A stretch of 64,000 nt of DNA, taken from Candidatus Omnitrophota bacterium (GTDB lineage: Bacteria; Omnitrophota; Gorgyraeia; DTHP01). The translations under genes were made by a program, and so were the position numbers. Location of the stretch: NCBI GenBank assembly GCA_023819145.1, contig JAMWCW010000001.1, forward strand, positions 66,400-130,399, in the 5' to 3' direction. A model generated the notes under the pieces. The model was not told the origin of the DNA and searched no databases. It saw nothing but the letters and a program-made list of their open reading frames with translations. Shown here one piece after another: positions 16,084 to 26,300 of the stretch (positions are counted from its first letter, which is position 1; each line of letters opens with the position of its first letter).

Positions 16084-18471
16084 ATGAAGTGGTTACATGT
16101 TAAAATTTTTTGGAGTATTGCCTTTTTAATTATTGCCAGCCTACTTTATGTTGATAATCTTTTTATGTTTTCTTCTTTAGATTTTATTACAAGAAGAGTA
16201 TTAACTCCTTCTTATACAGATTCTCCTTCGGTTGAGGTTCCCTCCGGTTCTCCTAAAATAATTGCCCGTGGAGAAGGGGTAGGTGCTAAAGGAGCGGGGG
16301 TAGGACGAGTGGTTATCATTGATGAAAATAGTTCCATCCCTATTCGTGAGCAGGCAATGCGTGTGCGCGAAGGAGATGTACTTGTTGCTTATCGCACCGA
16401 TCCTTCTTTGGTGGATGCCATGCGCCGAGCAGGTTTGGTGATTACTGAAATTGGAGGGAAAAATTCTCATGCTGCGATTGTCGCTAGAGAATTTAATTTA
16501 AATGCGGTTATTGGTGTGCCCAATGCTACGCGTATTTTTGCTCAAGGGCAGGTAGTTACTGTTGATGCTGAGCATGGAGTCATTTATGCTGGAGCTTTGC
16601 CGCTTGAAGAAGATAGTGTTTCCTATCGCGTGAGTGAACTTCCGTCTACGAGCCCTGTAAAGATAGGGATACTTTCCTTTGATACTGCTCGGGTGAGAGC
16701 GATGTTTCCTTTGGGTTTGTATTCTGATTTTTACGGTATAGGGCTGATGCGTGCAGAGTTTGCTTTACAAAATATTGGCATCCATCCGTTAGCAATATTG
16801 GATTTTGATAGAGGTACGCTTAGAGATGCAAGGCTACAAACAGAAATTACGCAAAAAATCAAAGGCTATGCGAGTGCGCGAGACTATTACATCTCAAAAC
16901 TTTCTTCTGCAATATTTTCCAATTCGCTTATTCTACATGAGGGGCAAAAGGTTATTTACCGCACCACTGATTTTAAAACCAACGAATATGAAGATATGTT
17001 AGGAGGGGATGTTTACGAGCATAAAGAGCCCAACCCCATGATGGGCAATCGCGGTTTACAGCGAATGATTAGTCCTGAATACCGGGAAGCATTTGATATG
17101 GAACTCGAAGCATTTTTACTTGCCTGGAAAGATAATCCGGGAAAGATTTCTATCATGGTTCCTATGGTACGCACTCCCCAAGACCTTCTGACTTTTCGTC
17201 AAATTCTTGAGGGAAAAATAAGGAGTATGGGGCTCTCGGGTATGCCTGAGGTAGTAATGATGTATGAATTGCCCGCGAATGTTTTTCAGATAGAGGAATT
17301 TATTCACGCCGGTATAAATGGTATTTCCATTGGTTCAAATGACCTGACACAATTTATTCTGGCAGTAGACAGGGACAGTGGTTTATTTAGAGAAGGAGGT
17401 AGAGAAGAATATGATGCCGTAAATAGAGCAGTATTGCGTGCTATCGGCATCGGTATAACTTCTTCTAAAGCCCGCGGTGTAAAAACAGGTATTTGTGGGC
17501 AAGCGCCATCAGACCATCCAGATGTTTATCCTGCAATTCTTACTGCTTTAGGAATAGATTCTATAAGTGTTACTCCCGATGTGTTTCATAAAGTGGTAGA
17601 AGCAGTAGCCCAAGCACAACAAAATCCTTCTTTTGGGATGAGATACCTTTCGGGTTTAGATTTATTTTTAGGCTACGATACCCAGACTAATCCCAAACGA
17701 GAATTAAAGAAGATAATTAGTTCTGATGATATACTTCGGAGTATTGGCATTCATCCTTTAGCCTTACTTGCCTTTGACCGGGGAAGTAGTTTATTGAGTG
17801 ATACGGCGATAAGTAGGCAGATTGTTTCTTTTGCCGGAGAAGAAACTGCAGAACGGGCTTACTTTGACCGTGTATATAGGGCGGTAAAGAATGCTTTACT
17901 TATGGATGGAGAGGTAGTTTATAGAACAGGAAGTTTGCTCAGTACCGATTATAAAACGCTTGTGGGAGGAGATATTTTTGAAAAAGAAGAAGCAAATCCC
18001 TTATTGGGTGCGTTTGGAATGTACCGCCTGCTCAGATATGGTTCAGAAGATGGCGCTTTGAGTATGCGTGATATTTTTAACATAGAGATGGATGCAGTTT
18101 TAAAAGCTGTGCGGGATACCGGTAAAGTTATTCATTTAGAGTTAGATATGGTGCGCACTTTTGGAGAATTACAGGAGGCAGTTTCTGTGATTAATGAGGC
18201 AATACGCCGTACAGGGATTTCTCCAGATAAGGTGAAAATTGGTCTAAATGTTTCTACTCCGGCAAATGTTCTGCTTATTTCTGATTTTATTAACCAAGGG
18301 AGATTAAGTTTTGTGAGTATCGACGAAAAAAGGTTAGCCTGTTATCTTTTGGGGGTGGATTCCTTGAGTATGGTTAGCCCCGAGGCTATTGAACGAGCCC
18401 TATATATACCTCGTCAACTGGTTTATACAGCATTAGCTCAAAAGGGAATCCCTTTAGTTAACTCCCCCTAA
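16084..18471 (+). CDS. PEP-utilizing dikinase central phospho-His domain plus TIM-barrel domain followed by a degenerate second TIM-barrel copy; TM plus ITRRVLTPS leader
   Basis: TEIGGKNSHAAIVAREFNLNAVIGV (PEP-utilizers mobile His domain); MVPMVRTPQDL and GSNDLTQFILAVDRDS (PEP-utilizers_C). A second copy, IGIHPLALLAFDRG...LDMVRTFGEL...SIDEKRLACYLLGVD, has the NDLTQ motif degenerated. RBS GGGGGAG. Confidence 0.65.
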   Translation: MKWLHVKIFWSIAFLIIASLLYVDNLFMFSSLDFITRRVLTPSYTDSPSVEVPSGSPKIIARGEGVGAKGAGVGRVVIIDENSSIPIREQAMRVREGDVLVAYRTDPSLVDAMRRAGLVITEIGGKNSHAAIVAREFNLNAVIGVPNATRIFAQGQVVTVDAEHGVIYAGALPLEEDSVSYRVSELPSTSPVKIGILSFDTARVRAMFPLGLYSDFYGIGLMRAEFALQNIGIHPLAILDFDRGTLRDARLQTEITQKIKGYASARDYYISKLSSAIFSNSLILHEGQKVIYRTTDFKTNEYEDMLGGDVYEHKEPNPMMGNRGLQRMISPEYREAFDMELEAFLLAWKDNPGKISIMVPMVRTPQDLLTFRQILEGKIRSMGLSGMPEVVMMYELPANVFQIEEFIHAGINGISIGSNDLTQFILAVDRDSGLFREGGREEYDAVNRAVLRAIGIGITSSKARGVKTGICGQAPSDHPDVYPAILTALGIDSISVTPDVFHKVVEAVAQAQQNPSFGMRYLSGLDLFLGYDTQTNPKRELKKIISSDDILRSIGIHPLALLAFDRGSSLLSDTAISRQIVSFAGEETAERAYFDRVYRAVKNALLMDGEVVYRTGSLLSTDYKTLVGGDIFEKEEANPLLGAFGMYRLLRYGSEDGALSMRDIFNIEMDAVLKAVRDTGKVIHLELDMVRTFGELQEAVSVINEAIRRTGISPDKVKIGLNVSTPANVLLISDFINQGRLSFVSIDEKRLACYLLGVDSLSMVSPEAIERALYIPRQLVYTALAQKGIPLVNSP

Positions 18472-18486
18472 CCGGGAAAAACCGAC

Positions 18487-18580
18487 CCCACCTCGTAGGT
18501 GTCCTTTTCACTGTATTGTAAGTTGTTTTTATATGGATACTTATGTGGGACGATTTTGGCCACCTACGAGGTGGGCACGG
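18487..18580. repeat. REP-like inverted-repeat doublet (REPIN-like), copy A
   Basis: ccccacctcgtaggtgtcc ... (~55 nt) ... ggccacctacgaggtgggcacgg. The arms are reverse complements and contain the GTAG tetranucleotide typical of REPs. Same arms recur at 29475-29566 and 30283-30377. Confidence 0.6.
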
Positions 18581-18948
18581 TTAGTTTTGGTTTGGGTGTG
18601 GGTTGAGGAAAGTAGATTTTGGGTTGAGGAGTTAGATTAAGGAAAAATAAAAAACAGAATAGAATGTTTTGAGGTGTAAAGAAAGTTTACCCCCACAATG
18701 ATAGAAGATGTCAGTGTAAGTAGATATTTATCAGTAACTTATGGATAGATGCTCTTAGAATGTAATTTTAATTTACTTTCTTATTTGCCTTATGAAAAAA
18801 GGAGGAAGATAAATTTTCTTGTTTTATAGTCGGAAAAATCTGTCTTTGGTGATTATCTAATATTCTGGCATAAATTTTGCTTACTCTAGTAACAGAAAAA
18901 ATGTCAGAATTAAAAATTGAAATAAGAAAATTTTTACCATCTCTGCCA

Positions 18949-18977
18949 TTGACGATAAGAGAAAGATGTGATATAAT
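18949..18977 (+). promoter_or_regulatory. Sigma70-like promoter TTGACG-N17-TATAAT upstream of the YD-repeat gene
   Basis: cattgacgataagagaaagatgtgatataat; canonical spacing. Confidence 0.45.
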
Positions 18978-19001
18978 TTATATAGAGAATAATAATAAAT
19001 A

Positions 19002-22000
19002 ATGAATAAAATAATAAAAATGATAAATATGGAAAAGAAGAGAAAATATATTCTTATCTTTTTGGGACTATTTTTGCTTATTAGTGCCTATGTAGAGGCA
19101 AAGGTGCGTACTCAAGTAATTCGCAATAGCCCCGTCCCGGAAAGAAATGTGGGAATTATTCCTGAGGCGCGTTCGGTAGAAGACTGGGCACGGGTGAGAA
19201 CTCAGGTTATAAAAGAAACAGAAAGGAGAAACCGTCAAATAGAGACCAGCCAGAATCTTCCCGATAAAATGGAAGATAGCCGGAGAGAGACAGAAGAGGA
19301 ACGCCTCAAATCCGCTTACAAAATAGAAAAAGATGCTCGGGAGATGAAACAAAAAATAGAGCAGGCTTCTCCCAATGAGGTGGTAGGAGAAAATCCCGAT
19401 GGGACAAAATGGTATCAATACTCAGGAAGATTTGACATCTTCAAGAACTGGATAAAAAACAAACTCAAAGAACTTGGCCTCTTGGATAAATGGAAGGGTG
19501 AAAGTTTTGAGGAATTAGTTCAAAAATATGGTAAAACCAATTTTGACCTCACCTTCAACAAAAAATCTTGGTCTTATTTTGGTAAGCGCTCCTCGACTCT
19601 GCAAACCACAGAATTTCAATTTAGTTTAACCAATCCCGAAGATAATTTTGAAAAATATATTCAGACGCGCTCGCGTCAATTAATCTGGGATAGCGCCAAT
19701 AATCGCGAGGCAGAAATTGTGCAACATACTATAACCGATGAGATAGAATGGGCAGGTAAGTTCTATGGCACGCCGGGAAAAACCGAACAAGGAAGGCAGA
19801 TGCTTTCTTCTCGCCAGAGAACTTGGGATGAGACCAGGGGAACTTATTCTGAGGTAAACCAGAGAAATGTCTATGAAGGGAATTTCCATATGCCCATTAA
19901 GACCATCCGCAAGGTCTTTGAATCGGGCTACGATACTAAAGGCAATTACTATGAACGCCGATACGAGATGACCCGTGAGAATATTGAATGGGCGTGGGTT
20001 GTTTCAAGTGACCCAATTTCTGGCGGAAGTTATGAAACAAAGAGCTTTGACCAGACGATGATTGATTATTCCACGCCTGATAAAAAGACAATTTCCCACC
20101 ATGAGTTTACTTATACTGATGATGGAGTTCCGGAAAGTCAATTGATTGTTAGCCGAGAAGTTGGTTTAGGGCTAAATCATATTTCAGTAAGTTTAGAAAG
20201 ATATCTTGACTACTACAAAGATGGTTCTTTGCGCCAAGGACTGAGTCTTGATCTCACTGGTGATTTTCCTGACGTATATACCGCCGTAAAAGAAGGAAGA
20301 ACTTTACAGAATTTAATCAATAATAAAGAAACAAAGTCGCAAATCGAAGCACAGTTGGGACGCAGTTTAAACTTGAACAATCCTCAAGATTTAAAAATCT
20401 ATACCGCTTATCTGAGGGAAGGATTGGGGGAAACAGCAAGAAAAATCAGTTTGAGTTTTGCCGAGAAGAAACACAATGACAAAGCATTCCTTGCCTGGGA
20501 AAAAGAGACAGTTGCCATTGAAGGAAAAGATGAAAATGGGAGCCTGATTAGTTCTAGCAGTGAAATAGAAAAAACTTATACCCAGTTCTTACCCTTTGGT
20601 CAACCCACAGAGATTGAGCAACTGATAAGAAGCGAAGCCACACCAAATGTAGAAACAAAATTAAAGATTTCTTTAAAATACAACAAGTATTGTCAGGTAA
20701 CTGAACAGAGAACCGAAACGCGAGAAACAAGCCTTGATGGCAAACTTAATAAACACACGATAAGCATAAAAGATAAAATTGTTTACAATGGTTTAGGACA
20801 GGAAATTTCCTATCGTGAGCGAGAAGAAGAATATGATATAGATGGAAAGCGCATTGGCAATCGTGAAACTTTAGTAAAAAATATTACCTATAATGAAGAT
20901 GGCTTGCAGACCGGTTACGAGATGCAGAGCATAACCAGAGGAATTGATACTCATGATGGAAGTATTTTTGAGATAATTACTGAAACAAAAGTGCGCGATA
21001 TCCGATATAATGAATTGGATATGCGTATATCCTGGAAGGAGATAAGTATAGATTTAAGCAGAAGCCCGGGATTAATTAGTGAGAGAATGTATCAGGTAAA
21101 GGCAATAGATGAATTTGGAAGAATTACGGAGATAGATATAAAAGAACACACTTATGGCACTGCTTCCGATGGAACCTCTCTAAATACTGAACGCACCATT
21201 AACCGCAAGATAAAATACAACTCTTTAGGTCAGGAAGAAGAGGCAATTGAGGAGGTAATTGAGAAGGCAAAGACCACTATCTCAACCATTAAATATGCCT
21301 ATGACCAGTATGGGAGAATTTCGCGCGAAGAAAGAAAAGTGCATGTAACGGGGAAAGATGGAGATAGCGAATTGGACTATACTTATACTCTATTGCGCTA
21401 TGGATTTGAGTACAATGATGCAGGACTTCTACAGAGATATAAGGCTAAAATCCGGAATGAATCTACAGCCGATATAGAAATAACTCAGGAGGTAGAGATT
21501 GGCTATGACAGTCTGGGAAGAGTAGATTATCAGAAGACTCAAGTCTGGGAAGATACGCGAAGCGGAGATAAGGCCTTACACAAATACACACTTACCGTAA
21601 GGGAAAACATTACCTATAATGAATTAGGATTAGAGACAGCTTATACTGAAACAGAGGAGGAATTTGATGAAGATGGAAAACGCATTGGCAATCGTAAGGT
21701 TAAGGTAAGTAACATTACTTATAATGAAGATGGTTTGCAGACTGGTTATGACATGGCGGTAATAGTAGAAGGGACTGATACCCATGACGGAAGTAGTTTT
21801 GAAACCTTTACCGAGATTAAAGTGCGCGATATTCGTTACAACAATTTAGGCATCCGCATTAGTTGGAGAGAAACCACCATAGATACAAGTAGGAGTCCAG
21901 GATTAACTACCGAAAGAAAATACGCGGTTACAGAGATAGATAGGTTTGGTAGACCTATAGAGCTTATAATCAATGAGCATGCTTATGGCTCTGCTTCTGA

Positions 22001-23138
22001 CGGGACAAGTTTAGATACCTTCCGCAAGATTACACGCCAGATAACCTACAATTCTTTAGGTCAGGAAGAGGAAATTACTGAAACCGTAGAAGAAGGGGCA
22101 AAGAAAACCACTTCCAAGATTAAGTACGAATACGATGAATGTGGCAGGATTAAATATGAAGAAAGAAATATTCATGTAGAGGGCGAAGAAGAGGGGGTTG
22201 AGTTGGATTATATTTCTACAATAAGGCGTTATGGATTTAAATACAATGATGCAGGGCTTGTACAGGGCTATACGGCAGAAATCTGGAACGAGTCCAGTCC
22301 CGACTTAGAAATAAAGCAGGAGGTAGAATTTGGCTATGACAGTCTGGGAAGAATAGACTATCAACGAAGCGAAACCTGGGAAAAGGGAATAAGTAAAAAG
22401 CGCGATAAACATGGTGAACCTACAGGCGAGGAAGAAGAGGTTGAACGGCATACAATTTCTGAGAAATATGATATCCAATATAATGAATTGGGCTTGGAAA
22501 CTTATTATAAAACCGATAGAAAAGAATACGAGGATGGAGAGTTAATCCGCGATGTTACCGAGACCACTTCGGGAATAAGGTATGATAGTAAGGGAAGAAT
22601 GACTGAATACACCACCCATAGAACTGGTCAAGAGAGATTCCTTGAAGACAGTGGAGAATATGGGGAATTAAAGAGTGTAAATATTACTACCCATATTTAC
22701 AACATTACCTATGTTGATGGTCTGGATTTAAGAAAATCCTGGAGAGAAGAAATTTCTGGTTATATAGGGGGACAGGAATTTAAGGCAAGCACCCGTCAAT
22801 ATGAAATCTTAGAATTTGACCGCTTTGGAGAAGTGGTAGATATAAATATTGAAGGAGATGGAGTGGAGGAGGAAAATTCTGCTCCTCAGATTGATACGCG
22901 GGGAACAACTTCTGGCCCAGAAGTTAATCAGACCACCAGACCTTACTCTCCGACAGGTTCAATAAAGACAACAAGTGTTCGTCGGGGACCAGTAAGAGGT
23001 TTAGGAGTGCGCGGAAAAAGTAGAACTTATGCAAAAAGACCTTCCGGAATAAGTCTTTTGAGTAGTGAATCCAGTCAGCGTAAGAAATTAGAAGAGGAAG
23101 CAGAATATATTACGCCAGATAAAGAAGAAGAAAAATAG
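19002..23138 (+). CDS. Large secreted YD/RHS-repeat protein (1378 aa) with internal tandem duplication
   Basis: N-terminal signal-like helix. Many YD-type repeats (ITYNEDGLQTGY, IRYDSKGRMTEY, YGFEYNDAGLLQRY, IGYDSLGRVDYQ, KYEYDECGRIKYE). No recognisable RHS core or toxin tip. Low-complexity basic/Ser-rich C-terminus. Confidence 0.55.
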   Translation: MNKIIKMINMEKKRKYILIFLGLFLLISAYVEAKVRTQVIRNSPVPERNVGIIPEARSVEDWARVRTQVIKETERRNRQIETSQNLPDKMEDSRRETEEERLKSAYKIEKDAREMKQKIEQASPNEVVGENPDGTKWYQYSGRFDIFKNWIKNKLKELGLLDKWKGESFEELVQKYGKTNFDLTFNKKSWSYFGKRSSTLQTTEFQFSLTNPEDNFEKYIQTRSRQLIWDSANNREAEIVQHTITDEIEWAGKFYGTPGKTEQGRQMLSSRQRTWDETRGTYSEVNQRNVYEGNFHMPIKTIRKVFESGYDTKGNYYERRYEMTRENIEWAWVVSSDPISGGSYETKSFDQTMIDYSTPDKKTISHHEFTYTDDGVPESQLIVSREVGLGLNHISVSLERYLDYYKDGSLRQGLSLDLTGDFPDVYTAVKEGRTLQNLINNKETKSQIEAQLGRSLNLNNPQDLKIYTAYLREGLGETARKISLSFAEKKHNDKAFLAWEKETVAIEGKDENGSLISSSSEIEKTYTQFLPFGQPTEIEQLIRSEATPNVETKLKISLKYNKYCQVTEQRTETRETSLDGKLNKHTISIKDKIVYNGLGQEISYREREEEYDIDGKRIGNRETLVKNITYNEDGLQTGYEMQSITRGIDTHDGSIFEIITETKVRDIRYNELDMRISWKEISIDLSRSPGLISERMYQVKAIDEFGRITEIDIKEHTYGTASDGTSLNTERTINRKIKYNSLGQEEEAIEEVIEKAKTTISTIKYAYDQYGRISREERKVHVTGKDGDSELDYTYTLLRYGFEYNDAGLLQRYKAKIRNESTADIEITQEVEIGYDSLGRVDYQKTQVWEDTRSGDKALHKYTLTVRENITYNELGLETAYTETEEEFDEDGKRIGNRKVKVSNITYNEDGLQTGYDMAVIVEGTDTHDGSSFETFTEIKVRDIRYNNLGIRISWRETTIDTSRSPGLTTERKYAVTEIDRFGRPIELIINEHAYGSASDGTSLDTFRKITRQITYNSLGQEEEITETVEEGAKKTTSKIKYEYDECGRIKYEERNIHVEGEEEGVELDYISTIRRYGFKYNDAGLVQGYTAEIWNESSPDLEIKQEVEFGYDSLGRIDYQRSETWEKGISKKRDKHGEPTGEEEEVERHTISEKYDIQYNELGLETYYKTDRKEYEDGELIRDVTETTSGIRYDSKGRMTEYTTHRTGQERFLEDSGEYGELKSVNITTHIYNITYVDGLDLRKSWREEISGYIGGQEFKASTRQYEILEFDRFGEVVDINIEGDGVEEENSAPQIDTRGTTSGPEVNQTTRPYSPTGSIKTTSVRRGPVRGLGVRGKSRTYAKRPSGISLLSSESSQRKKLEEEAEYITPDKEEEK
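20810..22460 (+). repeat. Two tandem ~830-bp (~277-aa) repeat units inside the YD-repeat gene
   Basis: gatggaaagcgcattggcaatcgt at 20841 recurs as gatggaaaacgcattggcaatcgt at 21671. The protein segments align colinearly at roughly two-thirds identity by eye. Confidence 0.6.
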
Positions 23139-23395
23139 AAAAAAAATTACGGAGGATAACAAAAATCTTTCATTTTAAGTAATTGTAATTAAATAGTTTA
23201 AAAATTAATTTTATAAGCATGTAACTTAAGTTTACAATTATTAAACATTTTAGGGAGGAGAAAAAAGAGAGATAAAAAATGTAAATTTAATTATATTAAT
23301 TACTTATAAATGACGATGATTTTAGAGGAAAATTGGCATTAAACTTGCTTATATAAAGATGAAAAATTAAAATTTTGAAAAAAGGAGGGTAAAAA

Positions 23396-26300
23396 ATGAA
23401 AAAGACAAGATTTTTACTAAACCGGGCCGGGGGAATTTTAATACTTTTCTTAATTTTGGCTTTTACAAAGCCGGGAGAGGGATTATTTTTTACTGGTGAT
23501 GACCCTACTCAATACCATATGAGTACTGGATGCGGGATGTATGGTAATGGTTGTAATGCTTTTGGGGATCAAGAACGGCAAACTCCAGGCTTACTGAGGC
23601 AAATGAGTTCGTCACCGGCGTCTATTCAATTTAAGGACGGAATTCCAGTGACAGGGGATTCAGTGAGGTGGTCTCTTTTCGATCTGGATAATGATGGTAA
23701 TGTTGATTGTTATATAGATGAAAGTGGAAATAGATATTTAAAAACTATAACCTCAGATGGCATAATAACAGGTTATATTTTAGCAAAAAATCTTGAAAAT
23801 GGAGATTTAGATGTTCAAGTATATGGATATACTCAAACTTCAGGTTATTTTCCTATAATTCCTATAGAACCACTTGATCACACAGAACAGAATACTCAGG
23901 TAGTTGAAACACAATACCGTTTAGTGGCACATTTTAAAGTAGACCAAGCCGCTGGGCTTAATTCTTTAATAAAAGCTATTTTAGATGATACTCGCCTGCA
24001 ATCATTCCTTCAAAAATTTGATCCCAATATGAATAGTATGCTTAATGTGGGTGGCCAACAACTGAAGTTAGTTGAAAGTTTTACATATAACGATACAGAC
24101 TCTGAATGGAATAAAAATGACCAGGAGGAAAAATATTACTCCTCTATAAATGGATATTTAAAAAGGGAGGTAATTTCTGGAAAGGAATATTATTATGTCT
24201 ATAATTCCGACTATACCTTAGCTGCGCGCTATACAAAAGATACTAGTGGTGATATCACAAGCTTGACATTTATTACTCCTTCTGGAGGAGCTTTTGAGCG
24301 AGGTAAGTTAATTAGTGGGACTGAATATGAATTATCCGGGGCTTCCTTGGGGTATCTGAAGGGCTTATCGGAACTCTCGCTAAATATAAATAATATAGGT
24401 TCTTTAATGGAAAAATCTGCAATAATAGCGGGAACCTCATGGCTTAAGTTAGGCGAAAACCACTATTTTCAGCTTAAAAAAGGAACAATTGAGCAGGTAG
24501 TAACTGTAACTGTAGCAGACGATGGAAAATCTTCTTCTTTAACTTTGCAAAGGCTCAAATTGGAAGATGATAAATTGGTAGTAGTAAATGGTCAGTCAAT
24601 AACTGTTTCCAACGCGCTTTTAACTGGCAAGTTGCCAAGCGGATACTTAGATTCCTCAATTACTTCCCCTAAAGTCTTAGACCTTATTTTAAAAGGAGCC
24701 TCCATAGATTACACTCATCAGAGAATTTATTTTGATTATACAGGAAAGACTTATGCTTATGATGTTACTGGAGAAGGCTTACAGTATTATTATGTTTATT
24801 ATATGGGCGGAGGAAATACATTACCATTATTACAAATTTATGGTCCTGATACTAATATAACAACTGAAAACCCTGATTTAACTTTAACTGTGCCACAAGA
24901 ATTAAAAATCACTAATTTTACTTTTAATGTTAAAGGAACTAGCGCTACATTATCTTTCCAAGCAGATGGTAAAGAATACACATATAACCTTCCTACTAGT
25001 AAAAATGGTTCTTTTACCTTGAGTATTGATCCCCAAGCCACTGGTGCAGGGGTAATTGCACCTACTATTAAAATACTACCACCCGCATTAAGCGAGGAGC
25101 AAAAAAGATGGATTGCTAGTATTTTGGGTCTAGAAGACGATCCGGGTGGTCGAACAGCCGTACAACAATTGGATAATTTATTGGGAGATTCCCAAAATTA
25201 TTTTGTAACTGGTAATTATTTTGGGATTCAATCAGGAGAGAGTATTTTTATATTTAATACTTCCTCACTAAGTGCAGGTAGTAGATATCTTAAATTTGAT
25301 GGTAAAAATCTAATAATTAATGAGGGTACTACAACTATAACTATAGGAGATTTCGCTAAAGTTTTAAAGAGTCTAGGATTCTCTGCTTGGCTGGATGCTT
25401 TTAAATCTATGGAGGAAGATTCTCTGAGGACCCTTTTTGGACTAAATCCGAGCAATTCAGCCAATTTCACACTTGCCTTTGAGAAGATTATTACTGAGGC
25501 GCAGAAAGAGTTTTATAATTTCTCGTTTGAGAAAGACACAAGTGGTAGTAATTATTCGCCTAGGGGATATGCTAAGGCTATGTTGGATAATTCCCGATCT
25601 GTTGTTGTTGTTGAGTTTTATATTAGTGATGGGGATAGTTTCACCAAAGTTTTAGGATTTGATAGACCTACATTACTGCAAATATTAGATAGATCAGAAA
25701 CCTTTGAAGGCTTGTATGAAAAAGCTAAGGGATTTGTCAGGAATATTAGTTATGTAAAAAGGTTAGATGGAACTTATGTTTGGGTATGTAGTATAGGTAA
25801 TAAGTTTGTTCAATTTTATTCTATTGGAGGAGGAAGTGAATGGTGGGCATTGGCTGTTGATGCTACTGGTGATGTTACTGTATATGATAGCGGATGGGAG
25901 ATAAAATATACAATTGCTAAAATAGAGTTAGAATCGTCACCATCACCAAGCGTTGATTTAGTAAAAAGCCTAATTTTTGATGAGCAAACATTGCATCTTC
26001 TTCGGTTAAGTATAGAGCAAAGAGGAGACGGTGGTGTAACAGGTGTAACAATCCAAAGAAACAAAATAGAAGTGTGGGAACTGAAAAAAGCTTCGGCGAA
26101 TAGTAATGCGTTAAAGAGGATAGAAAAATTTACTTTGCTTGGAGAGGAATCTGTGGTAGCAGGAAGGGCGACCCCACTTGATCCAGAGCCAGTTATTGAA
26201 TTCGGCAGTAGAAAAATAAAGGAAATCCAATTTACCAATTTTGCGGGGATGGTAACCTTCGCTCGAGGAATTAGTTTTAAGACTCAGGGTGATAAAAGTT

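Noticed and set aside
1362-18471. Reading the RR motifs as Tat signals
   Set aside because: The RR follows rather than precedes the hydrophobic core, which is the wrong order for Tat. A genuine S/T-RR-x-F-L-K signal exists on ORF 58900, so the leader motif is something different.
19002-23138. RHS polymorphic toxin with C-terminal toxin/immunity pair
   Set aside because: Only YD-type repeats are seen. No RHS core (DPxGL-type) motif, no distinct C-terminal toxin domain and no small immunity ORF downstream, since the next gene is another giant protein.
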